Made by a program: the position numbers and the translations under genes. From an uncultured Pseudomonadota bacterium (lineage in GTDB: Bacteria > Pseudomonadota > Gammaproteobacteria > Burkholderiales > Casimicrobiaceae), in assembly GCA_963709335.1 (NCBI GenBank), contig CAVPWB010000009.1, forward strand, positions 90,997-154,996: a stretch of 64,000 nucleotides of DNA, given 5' to 3'. Positions 20,826 to 29,512 of the stretch are shown piece by piece; position 1 is the first letter of the stretch, and every line of letters begins with the position of its first letter. A model generated the notes under the pieces. That model saw only the letters and a list, made by a program, of their open reading frames with translations, did not search any database and was not told where the DNA came from.

Positions 20826-21659
20826 TCAGCCGGCGCATGCCGCGTTGGCGAGCCACAACTCCTGCGTCGCACCGTCGCGCGCGCCGATCAGGCGTACACC
20901 CTGGTTGGCGACCAGCGGCTTGATGATCGCGGTCGCGACATCGTCCGGCGCGCTGAGCGCAATGCCGTTGGCCTGCGTCAATCGGTCGCCGGTCTTCAGC
21001 CCGAGCATCGCGCCAAAGCCGTTGTCCGTGCGCACGACCAGACCGCCGCCGCTCGGCGACAGCAACGCCGGCCACTGCACGGTGTCGGCGCCGACACCGG
21101 CGAGCAGTTCGGCATTCAGGCGCACGACGGTACCCCGAAAACCGGCAGGCGGCGCGCAGGTTCCACCGGCACGAGCCGATGCAGCCGGCGGGCGGGCACT
21201 GGCATTCGTCGTCGATGCCACGGCGCTGCCGCGCGCTGCAGATGGCGTGCTGGCGCGCAACAAGTAGCGTCGCTCGCCTGCGCCATCCCGGATGGTGACG
21301 CCGTCGCGCTGCACGGAGACGAGCGTGACGCCGCTGGCGATTTCACCGCCCTGCGCGACGAGCTTGGCGCCGGCCTGCAAGCGGAACAGCGCATAGCCGC
21401 GGTCCCCCGGTTCGGCGATGATCCCGAGCAGCTTCGTGTCGCCGGAGAACACCGCGTCGGCGGGTGCCGCCTGAGGCGCTGGTTGTGCGCTGTCCTGGCC
21501 GAACAGGTTTGCCGCGATGATCGTCGCAGCCGGATTAGCCGGCGCCGCCGGTGCGACACGGACGGCGGAAGGCCCGAGCAACTGCCAGCCCCAGTAGGCA
21601 ATGACGAGTGCGAGCGCCGCGCCGGTAGCGAGCGCAGCCAGCGCGGCAAGGAGCCTCAT
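20826..21659 (-). CDS. GspC-like protein (N-terminal TM helix, T2SS-C 'HR' type domain, C-terminal PDZ-like domain); orphan, no other gsp genes in the window
   Basis: ORF 20826..22991 trimmed to the ATG at 21659-21657 (MRLLAALAALATGAALALVIAYWGW). TKLLGIIAEPGDRGYALFRLQAGAKLVAQGGEIASGVTLVSVQRDGVTIRDGAGERRYLL resembles the GspC HR domain. GLKTGDRLTQANGIAL is PDZ-like. SD GGAGGAGG lies upstream. Confidence 0.6.
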   Translation of the reverse strand: MRLLAALAALATGAALALVIAYWGWQLLGPSAVRVAPAAPANPAATIIAANLFGQDSAQPAPQAAPADAVFSGDTKLLGIIAEPGDRGYALFRLQAGAKLVAQGGEIASGVTLVSVQRDGVTIRDGAGERRYLLRASTPSAARGSAVASTTNASARPPAASARAGGTCAPPAGFRGTVVRLNAELLAGVGADTVQWPALLSPSGGGLVVRTDNGFGAMLGLKTGDRLTQANGIALSAPDDVATAIIKPLVANQGVRLIGARDGATQELWLANAACAG

Positions 21660-21695
21660 CGCTATAATCGATCCTCCTCCGGTTCGCGATCCCGC

Positions 21696-22892
21696 ATGAA
21701 TCCGCTGCTGCGTCTCCTGCAGCCCTACCCGTTCGAACGGCTGCGTACGCTGCACGCGGACACCGCGCCGAATCGGACCAAGTCGGCGATCAATGTCTCG
21801 ATCGGCGAGCCGAAACATCCGACGCCCGCGCTCATTCTGGATGCGCTCGCGCAGGGTGCTACGACGGGACTCGCGAATTATCCCACGACGGTGGGCAGCG
21901 TCGCGTTGCGCGAGGCGATCGCCGGATGGCTCACGCGTCGCCACGCGTTGCGCGCGCTCGATGCCGTCGCGGAAGTGCTGCCGGTTCTCGGCAGCCGCGA
22001 AGCGCTGTTCGCATTCGCGCAGACGGTGATCGACGGCAGCCGTCCCGGTGCGACGGTCGTCGTTCCCAATCCGTTCTATCAGATCTACGAAGGTGCTGCG
22101 CTTCTCGCCGGCGCGCAGACGTTCTGCGTGAACGCCGACGAGGATGCGGGATTTGCGCATCGCTGGGATGCGGTGCCCGCCGACGTCTGGGCGCGCACGC
22201 AGCTTCTGTACGTCTGCTCGCCCGACAACCCGACCGGCAGGGTGACGCCGCTCGCCGAATGGCAGGCATTGTTCGACCTGTCCGATCGATACGGCTTTGT
22301 CATCGCATCGGATGAATGCTATTCGGAGGTCCACTTCGACGAGTCGGCGCCGCCGCTTGGCGCGCTCGGCGCCGCGCAGGCCTGCGGACGCGACGGCTAT
22401 CCGCGCCTCGTCGTGTTCGGCAGCCTGTCGAAGCGCTCCAACGCGCCCGGACTGCGCTCGGGCTATGCAGCCGGCGACCGCACGCTGCTGAGGGCGTTCC
22501 TGCATTACCGGACCTATCACGGCTCGGCGATGTCGGGGGCCGTCGCTGCGGCGAGCATCGCCGCATGGAACGACGAGGCGCACGTGGTGCAGAACCGCGC
22601 CGAGTACGCCGCGAAGTTCCGCGCGCTCGCGCCGCGGCTCGCGCAGGCGATGCCGTGCGCGATGCCCGAGGCGGCGTTCTACCTGTGGGCACGAACACCC
22701 GGCGACGACGCGGCGTTCTGCCGCCGGCTGTATACCGAGGAAAACGTCACCGTGTTGCCGGGAAGCTACATCGCCCGCACCGCTCACGGGCGCAATCCCG
22801 GCGCCGGACGCGTTCGCATCGCACTCGTGCCGTCGCTCGCCGAGTGCACCGAGGCCATCGAGCGGCTCGTTGCCTGCGCACGACGCTCGTAG
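21696..22892 (+). CDS. dapC: succinyldiaminopimelate transaminase
   Basis: ORF 20604..22892 trimmed to the ATG at 21696 (MNPLLRLLQPYPFERLRTLH...). Aminotransferase class I motifs: NPFYQIYEGAA, CSPDNPTG, PLP-lysine SLSKRSNAPGLRSGY. Confidence 0.85.
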   Translation: MNPLLRLLQPYPFERLRTLHADTAPNRTKSAINVSIGEPKHPTPALILDALAQGATTGLANYPTTVGSVALREAIAGWLTRRHALRALDAVAEVLPVLGSREALFAFAQTVIDGSRPGATVVVPNPFYQIYEGAALLAGAQTFCVNADEDAGFAHRWDAVPADVWARTQLLYVCSPDNPTGRVTPLAEWQALFDLSDRYGFVIASDECYSEVHFDESAPPLGALGAAQACGRDGYPRLVVFGSLSKRSNAPGLRSGYAAGDRTLLRAFLHYRTYHGSAMSGAVAAASIAAWNDEAHVVQNRAEYAAKFRALAPRLAQAMPCAMPEAAFYLWARTPGDDAAFCRRLYTEENVTVLPGSYIARTAHGRNPGAGRVRIALVPSLAECTEAIERLVACARRS

Positions 22893-22985
22893 CGCCCGGA
22901 CGTGGCTCATCCCGGAACGCCGCGCTTCGTCTGGCCGGCATGCGTCCGGTCGGCAGGGCCCATGCCGGCTGCGGGCCTGACTAGA

Positions 22986-24068
22986 ATGCATGCCATGGCT
23001 TCCATCCCACCCACCCGGCCGCCGCGTCCGCTGCTCGACGCTTTCCGGGTCAATCCGCTGACGCTGCTGCTGATCGCGGCGATCAACACCGGCATCGCGC
23101 TGGTGCTATGGATCGACGACACGCGCCCCTTCTGGCAGCCGCTGCTGACGGTGCAACTCTATGGCTTCTCGATCGCGTACTGCGTCAACGTGGCGAAGCC
23201 ATGGGACCACGAGAAACCGCTGCGCCGCCTCGTGGCCGCGGCGCTGATCGGTTCGTTGATCGGTGTCGTGCTCGTCATCGTCGTCAAGGGCTATTCGCCC
23301 ACTTACGTCCGCGAGCGAGCGGCATTCTTCCTGTACAACGTGTTCGCCGCCTTCGGCAACGGCCTGCTGATCAGCCTCATCTTCTACGTCAAGCGCCGCG
23401 AGGCGCGCGCCGCGACTGCGCTGCACAAGGCGGAGGCGGAACGCCACCTGCTGTCGAAGCAGGCGATCGAAGCGGAGCTGAAGTTGCTGCAGGCGCAGGT
23501 CGAGCCGCATTTCCTGTTCAACACGCTTGCGTCCGTGCAGTACCTGACGGAAACCGATCCGAAGCAGGCCAACGTGCTGCTCGGTCACCTGATCGCCTAT
23601 TTGCGCGCGGCACTGCCGCAGTTGCGCGCCCGCTCGTCGACGCTCGGCCGCGAGATCGCGCTGGCCCAGGCGTATCTCAACATCCTTACGATGCGGATCG
23701 GCCCGCGCCTGAAGTTCGCCATCGACGTTCCCGACGACCTCCGCGATCATCCGTTCCCCCCGAACCTGTTGATCTCGCTCGTCGAGAACGCGATCAAGCA
23801 CGGCGTCGAGCCGTCGGCGGACGGCGGCACGATCACGATCACCGCGGCGCAGGCCGGTGCTTCGATCGTCGTCACCGTCACCGATACGGGGCGCGGGCTC
23901 GCAGCGGGCAGCCGCACCGACGGTGACGGCGTTGGACTGACGAACATCCGCGAGCGGCTTGCCGCGCTGTACGGTTCCGAGGGACGCTTCACGCTCGAGC
24001 CGGCAGCACCGCGCGGCATGCGCGCGACGCTGTCGGTGCCGCTCGAAGCACTGGCCGTGACGTCTTAG
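22986..24068 (+). CDS. sensor histidine kinase, LytS/AlgZ(FimS) family (4 predicted TM helices + His_kinase/HATPase core)
   Basis: LQAQVEPHFLFNTLASVQYL (phospho-acceptor His region of LytS-type kinases), ENAIKHG, DTGRGL, GVGLTNIRERL. Start is uncertain: GTG 22902, ATG 22962, 22986 or 22995. Confidence 0.75.
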   Translation: MHAMASIPPTRPPRPLLDAFRVNPLTLLLIAAINTGIALVLWIDDTRPFWQPLLTVQLYGFSIAYCVNVAKPWDHEKPLRRLVAAALIGSLIGVVLVIVVKGYSPTYVRERAAFFLYNVFAAFGNGLLISLIFYVKRREARAATALHKAEAERHLLSKQAIEAELKLLQAQVEPHFLFNTLASVQYLTETDPKQANVLLGHLIAYLRAALPQLRARSSTLGREIALAQAYLNILTMRIGPRLKFAIDVPDDLRDHPFPPNLLISLVENAIKHGVEPSADGGTITITAAQAGASIVVTVTDTGRGLAAGSRTDGDGVGLTNIRERLAALYGSEGRFTLEPAAPRGMRATLSVPLEALAVTS

Positions 24069-24082
24069 GAGAGCTCCATTCG

Positions 24083-24826
24083 ATGCCTACCGCGCTCATT
24101 GCCGAGGACGAGCCGTTGCTGCGTGCGCAACTCAAGGCGCGCCTTGCCGAGGCGTGGCCGGAACTCACGGTGGTGGCCGAAGCCGAGAACGGCGAACAGG
24201 CACTGGCATTGGCCGATGAGTGCAGACCCGACGTCGCATTCCTCGACATCCGGATGCCGCTCGTCTCGGGCATCGAGGTCGCGCGCGCCCTCGCCGGCCG
24301 GTGCCATGTCGTGTTCGTGACGGCTTACGACGAATACGCCGTCGCGGCATTCGACGAGGGTGCCGTCGACTATCTGCTGAAGCCGGTGACGGGCGAGCGG
24401 ATCGCCAAGGTCACGCAACGCGTCAAGGCACGGCTCGCAACACCACCGCTCGATCTCGCGGCGCTGCTGACTCGGCTGGCGGAGCGCGAGGACGCATCGG
24501 TGCCGCTGAAATGGATTCGTGCATCGCTCGGCAACGTCATGCAGATGATCGCGGTTGCCGACGTCGTCTACTTCCAGGCCGAGGACAAGTACACGAAGGT
24601 CGTCACGCGTGACTCGGAGGCGTTGATCAAGAAGCCGATCAAGGACCTGTACGACGAGCTCGACCAGGAAGCGTTCTGGCAGATCCATCGCGCGACGATC
24701 GTCAATCTGAACGCGATCGCGCGGGTCGAACGCGACTGGCGCGACCAGCCCGTGATCACGCTGAAGTCGCGACCCGAAAAGCTCACCGTGTCGCGCACGT
24801 TCGCGCATCGCTTCAAGGCGATGTAG
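24083..24826 (+). CDS. LytTR/AlgR-family response regulator
   Basis: Receiver domain ALIAEDEPLLR...DVAFLDIRMP. C-terminal LytTR domain ...VVYFQAEDKYTKVVT...FWQIHRATIVNLNAI. 14 nt after the kinase stop. Confidence 0.85.
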   Translation: MPTALIAEDEPLLRAQLKARLAEAWPELTVVAEAENGEQALALADECRPDVAFLDIRMPLVSGIEVARALAGRCHVVFVTAYDEYAVAAFDEGAVDYLLKPVTGERIAKVTQRVKARLATPPLDLAALLTRLAEREDASVPLKWIRASLGNVMQMIAVADVVYFQAEDKYTKVVTRDSEALIKKPIKDLYDELDQEAFWQIHRATIVNLNAIARVERDWRDQPVITLKSRPEKLTVSRTFAHRFKAM

Positions 24827-24837
24827 CGGCGCGAGCG

Positions 24838-25150
24838 ACTGGCGAGGGGCCCCACGCAGTGGGGATCGACAGTCATCGCGAGTCGCCGCTCGAGGCCGAC
24901 ACGTGGGCGCATCCATCACGCTGCGCAGGCAAGGAGGCCGAGGCGACGGAGCGACGGGCGCGACGCCCCACAGCGAGCAGCGCGTGGGGATCGACGGCCA
25001 ATGCGACTGTCTGCGCGAGGCCGACCCGCGGGCGCATCCGTCGCGCTGCGCGGGCAAGGAGGCCGAGGCGACGGAGCGTCTGGCGAGGGCCCGCGCAGTG
25101 GGGGATCGAGACAAGAGCTTCGACTGCGCCGCCTTGCCCGGGTGGATACC
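24838..25150. repeat. intergenic tandem direct repeat, period ~125 bp, about 2.5 copies
   Basis: gtggggatcgac occurs at 24859 and 24984 (a variant gtgggggatcga at 25098). A 49-bp core gggcgcatcc..ggcaaggaggccgaggcgacggagcg at 24905-24953 and 25030-25078 differs at 3 positions. Each unit begins with a CCCCAC..GTGGGG hairpin. Confidence 0.8.
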
Positions 25151-25188
25151 GACGCACGTGTAAAATCCGCTCCTTTTAGGCGCCGCGA

Positions 25189-26019
25189 ATGGAAAGCCTG
25201 CAGCAGGCAATCGACGGAGCGTGGGAAGCGCGCAGCACGCTGACGGCGGCAACGGCGCCGGCAGCCGTCCGTGACGCCGTGGCGCACGTGATCGGCGAGC
25301 TCGATGGCGGTCGCTTGCGCGTCGCGGAGAAGATCGACGGCGCGTGGACGACGCACCAGTGGATCAAGAAGGCCGTCCTGCTCTCGTTCCGCCTTTCCGA
25401 CAACGCGGCGATCGGCATCGCCGGGCCGCAGGCGCCGTTCAGGTTCTATGACAAGGTGCCGACCAAATTTGCCCAATACGACGACGCGGCGTTCGCCAGC
25501 ACAGGTGCGCGCGTCGTGCCGCCGGCCGTAGCGCGGCGCGGCGCGTTCATCGGCCGCGACGTCGTGCTGATGCCGTCGTACGTCAACATCGGCGCCTACG
25601 TCGGCGACGGCACGATGGTCGACACGTGGGCAACCGTCGGCTCGTGCGCGCAGATCGGGCGCAACGTGCATCTGTCGGGGGGTGTGGGCATCGGCGGGGT
25701 GCTTGAACCGCTGCAGGCCAACCCCACCATCATCGAGGACAACTGTTTCATCGGCGCGCGCTCGGAAGTTGTCGAAGGCGTGATCGTCGAGGAGAACGCG
25801 GTGCTGGGCATGGGGGTCTTCATCGGGCAGAGCACGAAAATCTACGACCGCGCACGCGGCACGATCGGGTATGGCCGCGTGCCGGCCGGCTCGGTCGTCG
25901 TTGCCGGCAGCCTGCCCGCGACCGACGGCAGTCACAGTCTGTACTGTGCGGTGATCGTCAAGCAGGTCGATTCGAAAACGCGCGCCAAGACCAGCATCAA
26001 CGAGCTGTTGCGCGCGTGA
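25189..26019 (+). CDS. dapD: 2,3,4,5-tetrahydropyridine-2,6-dicarboxylate N-succinyltransferase
   Basis: 276 aa: [27 protein letters not shown] followed by hexapeptide-repeat (LbH) region ...[44 protein letters not shown]. Confidence 0.9.
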   Translation: MESLQQAIDGAWEARSTLTAATAPAAVRDAVAHVIGELDGGRLRVAEKIDGAWTTHQWIKKAVLLSFRLSDNAAIGIAGPQAPFRFYDKVPTKFAQYDDAAFASTGARVVPPAVARRGAFIGRDVVLMPSYVNIGAYVGDGTMVDTWATVGSCAQIGRNVHLSGGVGIGGVLEPLQANPTIIEDNCFIGARSEVVEGVIVEENAVLGMGVFIGQSTKIYDRARGTIGYGRVPAGSVVVAGSLPATDGSHSLYCAVIVKQVDSKTRAKTSINELLRA

Positions 26020-26822
26020 TGTCCGTCACTCTCAAATCCGAGACCGACATCGCAGGAATGCGCGAGGCTGGACGACTCGCGTCGGAACTGCTCGATCACC
26101 TGCAGCCGACGATCGTCGCGGGGATCACGACGAAGGACATCGATCGAGAAGCGCACGATTACATGGTCAACGTGCAGAAGACGATTCCGGCGACGCTCAA
26201 TTACGCACCACCCGGGCACTCGCCGTATCCGGCGTCGTTGTGCACATCGGTGAACCACGTCGTCTGCCACGGCATCCCCGGCGACAAGAAGCTGAAGGAC
26301 GGCGACATCATCAACGTCGACGTGACGGTGATCAAGGACGGCTATCACGGCGACACGAGCCGGATGTTCTTCATCGGCAAGCCGTCGATCCAGGCACGCC
26401 GCCTGGTCGAGGTCACGTACGAGTCGATGTGGCGCGGCATCCGCGCCGTCCACCCGGGCGCGCACCTGGGCGACATCGGCGCAACGATCCAGAAGCACGC
26501 GGAAGGGCACGGCTTCTCGGTCGTCCGCGAGTTCTGCGGCCATGGCATCGGCAAGCAATTCCACGAGGAGCCGCAGGTACTGCATTACGGGCGCGCCGGA
26601 ACCGGACTCAAGCTCCAGCCCGGGATGATCTTCACGATCGAGCCGATGATCAATGCCGGCCGTGGGGGCATTCGCTGCCTAGCCGACGGCTGGACGATCG
26701 TCACTGCCGACCATTCGCTGTCGGCGCAGTGGGAGCACACGGTGCTTGTCACGAAGGACGGTTACGAGATCATGACGCAATCGGCAGGGACGCCCCCGCC
26801 GCCGCCTACGGCGTCGGATTGA
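26019..26822 (+). CDS. map: type I methionine aminopeptidase
   Basis: [21 protein letters not shown]..., VCHGIP, DIINVDVT, FCGHGIG, FTIEPM, QWEHTVLVT. ATG at 26019 shares 1 nt with the dapD TGA (TGATG). Confidence 0.95.
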   Translation: MSVTLKSETDIAGMREAGRLASELLDHLQPTIVAGITTKDIDREAHDYMVNVQKTIPATLNYAPPGHSPYPASLCTSVNHVVCHGIPGDKKLKDGDIINVDVTVIKDGYHGDTSRMFFIGKPSIQARRLVEVTYESMWRGIRAVHPGAHLGDIGATIQKHAEGHGFSVVREFCGHGIGKQFHEEPQVLHYGRAGTGLKLQPGMIFTIEPMINAGRGGIRCLADGWTIVTADHSLSAQWEHTVLVTKDGYEIMTQSAGTPPPPPTASD

Positions 26823-26878
26823 AGCCGATCCGGCGCAACTGAAGGCACAGGCGAACCGGCGCCGCAGAACGCTCTCCG

Positions 26879-29482
26879 ATGGACGTCGCAGCGCCTGACA
26901 ACGTACCGGCGGCAACGCCACGCCAGCCACGCGTCGCGCATTGGCGCGAGCAACTTCACGCGCGACGCGACGCGCTGCGGCGGGAGTTCTTCGAGCACTC
27001 CGATGCTCCACGGCTGCTGCGCGGCCTCGCCCGGCTGACGGACGAAATCGTCGGCAACGTATGGGGCGAAGCGGACATGCCCACCGCGGCGGCGCTCGTC
27101 GCGGTCGGCGGGTACGGACGCGGCCAACTGTTCCCGCATTCGGACGTCGACTTGCTGATCCTGTTGCCGCAGGACGCCGACGTCATCGCGGCGGCCGCCG
27201 TCGAGCGACTGCTGACATCGCTGTGGGACATCGGCGTCGAAGTCAGTCACGCGGTGCGAACGCCGGCGAACTGCACGGTCGAGATGGCATCGGATGCGAC
27301 GGTGCGCACCAGCTTGCTCGAGCACCGGCGGCTCGCGGGGTCGCGCCGACTCTACGCCGAATTCAAGGAAACGTTCGACACGTCGCTCGACGTGCGCGCG
27401 TTCTACGACGCGAAGGCGCTCGAGCAGCAGCAGCGGCATCTCAAGTATCACGACGCTGCGTACAACCTGGAACCCAACGTCAAGGAAAGCCCCGGCGGAC
27501 TGCGCGACCTGCAGACCGTCATCTGGATCGCGCGCGCCGCCCACCTTGGCCGCACGTGGCGCGAACTTGCGCGCAACGACCTGATGACGGTCGCCGAGGC
27601 TCGGGCCGCCGCTCGACAGGAACGGACGATCAGCGAGTTGCGCATCCGCCTGCACTATCTTTCCGGACGCCGCGAGGATCGGCTCGTGTTCGACCTGCAG
27701 GCGGCGCTCGCGCGCGAGCTCGATCTCGCCGACACGGCGGCGAAGCGCGCCAGCGAGCAACTGATGCAGCGCTACTACCGCGCCGCCAAGATCGTGCGAC
27801 AGGTCAATACGCTGCTCCTGCAGAACCTGCACGGGAAGCTTTACCCCGCCGCCATCACGCCGGTCGCCATCGACGATCAGTTCCGGCGCGTCGACGAGCT
27901 GCTCGACGTCTGCGACGAGGAGCTCTTCGCCACGGATCCGGGGACGATGCTCGACGCGTTCCTCACGCTGCAACGGCATGCGGAGCTTCGCGGCATGACG
28001 GCCCGCACGCTACGCGCGCTATGGCGCAACCGGCACCGGATCGACGCGCAGTTCCGCCGCGATCCGACCAACCGCGCGCGCTTCATCCAGCTGTTCCGCG
28101 AGCCGCGCGGGCTCACGCACGAACTGCGGCGGATGAACCTGTACGGCATCCTCGGCCAATACCTGCCGACGTTCGGAGCAATCGTCGGCCAGATGCAGCA
28201 CGACCTGTTCCACGTCTATACGGTCGACGAGCATATTCTGATGGTGATCCGCAACCTGCGCCGGTTCACCGAGGCGCAGCACGCGCATGAGTACCCGTTG
28301 TGCTCGCGGCTGATCGCCGATTTCGAACGCAAGGAAGTGCTCTACCTCGCCGGACTGTTTCACGACATCGCGAAGGGTCGCGGTGGCGACCATTCGGTTC
28401 TCGGCGCGCGCGACGCCCAGCGATTCTGCGCGCAGCATGACCTGTCGCCGGAAGACACCGAGCTCATCGCGTGGCTTGTCGGCGAGCACCTGACGATGTC
28501 GCAAACGGCGCAGAAGCAGGACGTCACCGATCCCGCCGTTGTCGATGCATTCGCAGCCAAGGTCCGCGACGAGCGTCGCCTCGTGGCACTCTACCTGCTG
28601 ACCGTCGCCGATATCCGCGGCACCAGTCCGAAGGTGTGGAATGCGTGGAAGGGCAAGCTGCTCGAAGACCTGTTCCACGCGACGCGCGCCGCGCTGCTGA
28701 CGGGGACGAGCGAGCACACGCTGCGCGACAGCATTGCCGAACGGCAACGCGAGGCGCATCGCCTGCTGCGACTTTACGCGGTGCCCGAAAATGCCGAGCA
28801 GCGATTGTGGCGCGAGCTCGACACGCTCTATCTGCAGCGGCACACGGCGGACGAAATCGCGTGGCACGCGCGGCACCTGTACTGGCGGATCGAAGGTACC
28901 ACCCCGGTCGTCAAGGTGCGCCTCGCCCGCGAAGGCGCAGGCCTGCAGGCGCTCGTGTACCTGCCCGACCAGAAGGCACTCTTCGCCCGCATCTGCGGCT
29001 TCTTCGGGCGCGCCGGTCTGTCGATCCTCGAAGCGAAGGTGCACACGACGCGCCACGGCTACGCACTCGACACGTTCGCGCTGCTCGACCCGTCGAACCC
29101 AAATGCGTCGTATCGTGAGACGATCCAGTTCATCGAATACGAGCTGACGCGCGCACTGACCGAACCCGGAATCCTGCAGCCGCCCGCCGAGGGCCGCATT
29201 CCGAGACAGTTGCGCCACTTTCCGCTCACGCCGGAAATCCAGATCTTTCCCGACGACAAAGGCACGCACTTCATCCTCGAAGTCGTCGCCGGCGATCGGC
29301 CCGGCCTGCTCGCACGCATCGCGTACGTGCTGGCGCAGGCGAACGTCAACGTCGCCAGCGCGCGGATCAATACGCTGGGGGAACGTGCGGAAGACGTGTT
29401 CCTGATCGACGGCGCGCGTCTTCACGACGAGCAGGCGCTGCTGCGGCTGGAGACCGCGCTCTACGAGCAGTTGCGGGTGTGA
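26879..29482 (+). CDS. glnD: [protein-PII] uridylyltransferase / uridylyl-removing enzyme
   Basis: 867 aa. Nucleotidyltransferase GGYGRGQLFPHSDVDLLIL, HD domain LFHDIAKGRGGDHS, two C-terminal ACT domains. Confidence 0.95.
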   Translation: MDVAAPDNVPAATPRQPRVAHWREQLHARRDALRREFFEHSDAPRLLRGLARLTDEIVGNVWGEADMPTAAALVAVGGYGRGQLFPHSDVDLLILLPQDADVIAAAAVERLLTSLWDIGVEVSHAVRTPANCTVEMASDATVRTSLLEHRRLAGSRRLYAEFKETFDTSLDVRAFYDAKALEQQQRHLKYHDAAYNLEPNVKESPGGLRDLQTVIWIARAAHLGRTWRELARNDLMTVAEARAAARQERTISELRIRLHYLSGRREDRLVFDLQAALARELDLADTAAKRASEQLMQRYYRAAKIVRQVNTLLLQNLHGKLYPAAITPVAIDDQFRRVDELLDVCDEELFATDPGTMLDAFLTLQRHAELRGMTARTLRALWRNRHRIDAQFRRDPTNRARFIQLFREPRGLTHELRRMNLYGILGQYLPTFGAIVGQMQHDLFHVYTVDEHILMVIRNLRRFTEAQHAHEYPLCSRLIADFERKEVLYLAGLFHDIAKGRGGDHSVLGARDAQRFCAQHDLSPEDTELIAWLVGEHLTMSQTAQKQDVTDPAVVDAFAAKVRDERRLVALYLLTVADIRGTSPKVWNAWKGKLLEDLFHATRAALLTGTSEHTLRDSIAERQREAHRLLRLYAVPENAEQRLWRELDTLYLQRHTADEIAWHARHLYWRIEGTTPVVKVRLAREGAGLQALVYLPDQKALFARICGFFGRAGLSILEAKVHTTRHGYALDTFALLDPSNPNASYRETIQFIEYELTRALTEPGILQPPAEGRIPRQLRHFPLTPEIQIFPDDKGTHFILEVVAGDRPGLLARIAYVLAQANVNVASARINTLGERAEDVFLIDGARLHDEQALLRLETALYEQLRV

Positions 29483-29512
29483 CGGACGACCCTGCGGCGC
29501 GCGCGTGCGCAC

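Noticed and set aside
22982-22997. TAGAAT at 22982-22987 followed by ATG 22995 as a leaderless-mRNA promoter for the histidine kinase
   Set aside because: No acceptable -35 lies at 16-19 nt spacing, and the hexamer overlaps another candidate start (ATG 22986). This could be coincidence, so I note it only as start-codon uncertainty.
24838-25150. Possible CRISPR array
   Set aside because: The period is ~125 bp with the whole unit repeated, so there is no short-repeat/unique-spacer structure. There are only ~2.5 copies and no cas genes in the window.
24859-25179. ORFs of 86-106 aa across the lytR-dapD spacer (24859..25179 +, 24903..25163 +, 24873..25157 -) that contain a repeated peptide ..PSRCAGKEAEATER..
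   Set aside because: The peptide repeat simply mirrors the ~125-bp DNA tandem repeat. Three overlapping frames are open, composition is Arg/Ala-rich, and there is no SD/start arrangement. I treat it as non-coding repeat DNA.
25934-25947. ACAG-TCTGTA-CTGT palindrome that superficially resembles an SOS box
   Set aside because: The half-site order is inverted (ACAG..CTGT instead of CTGT-N8-ACAG), the spacing is 6 rather than 8, and it lies inside the 3' part of dapD.
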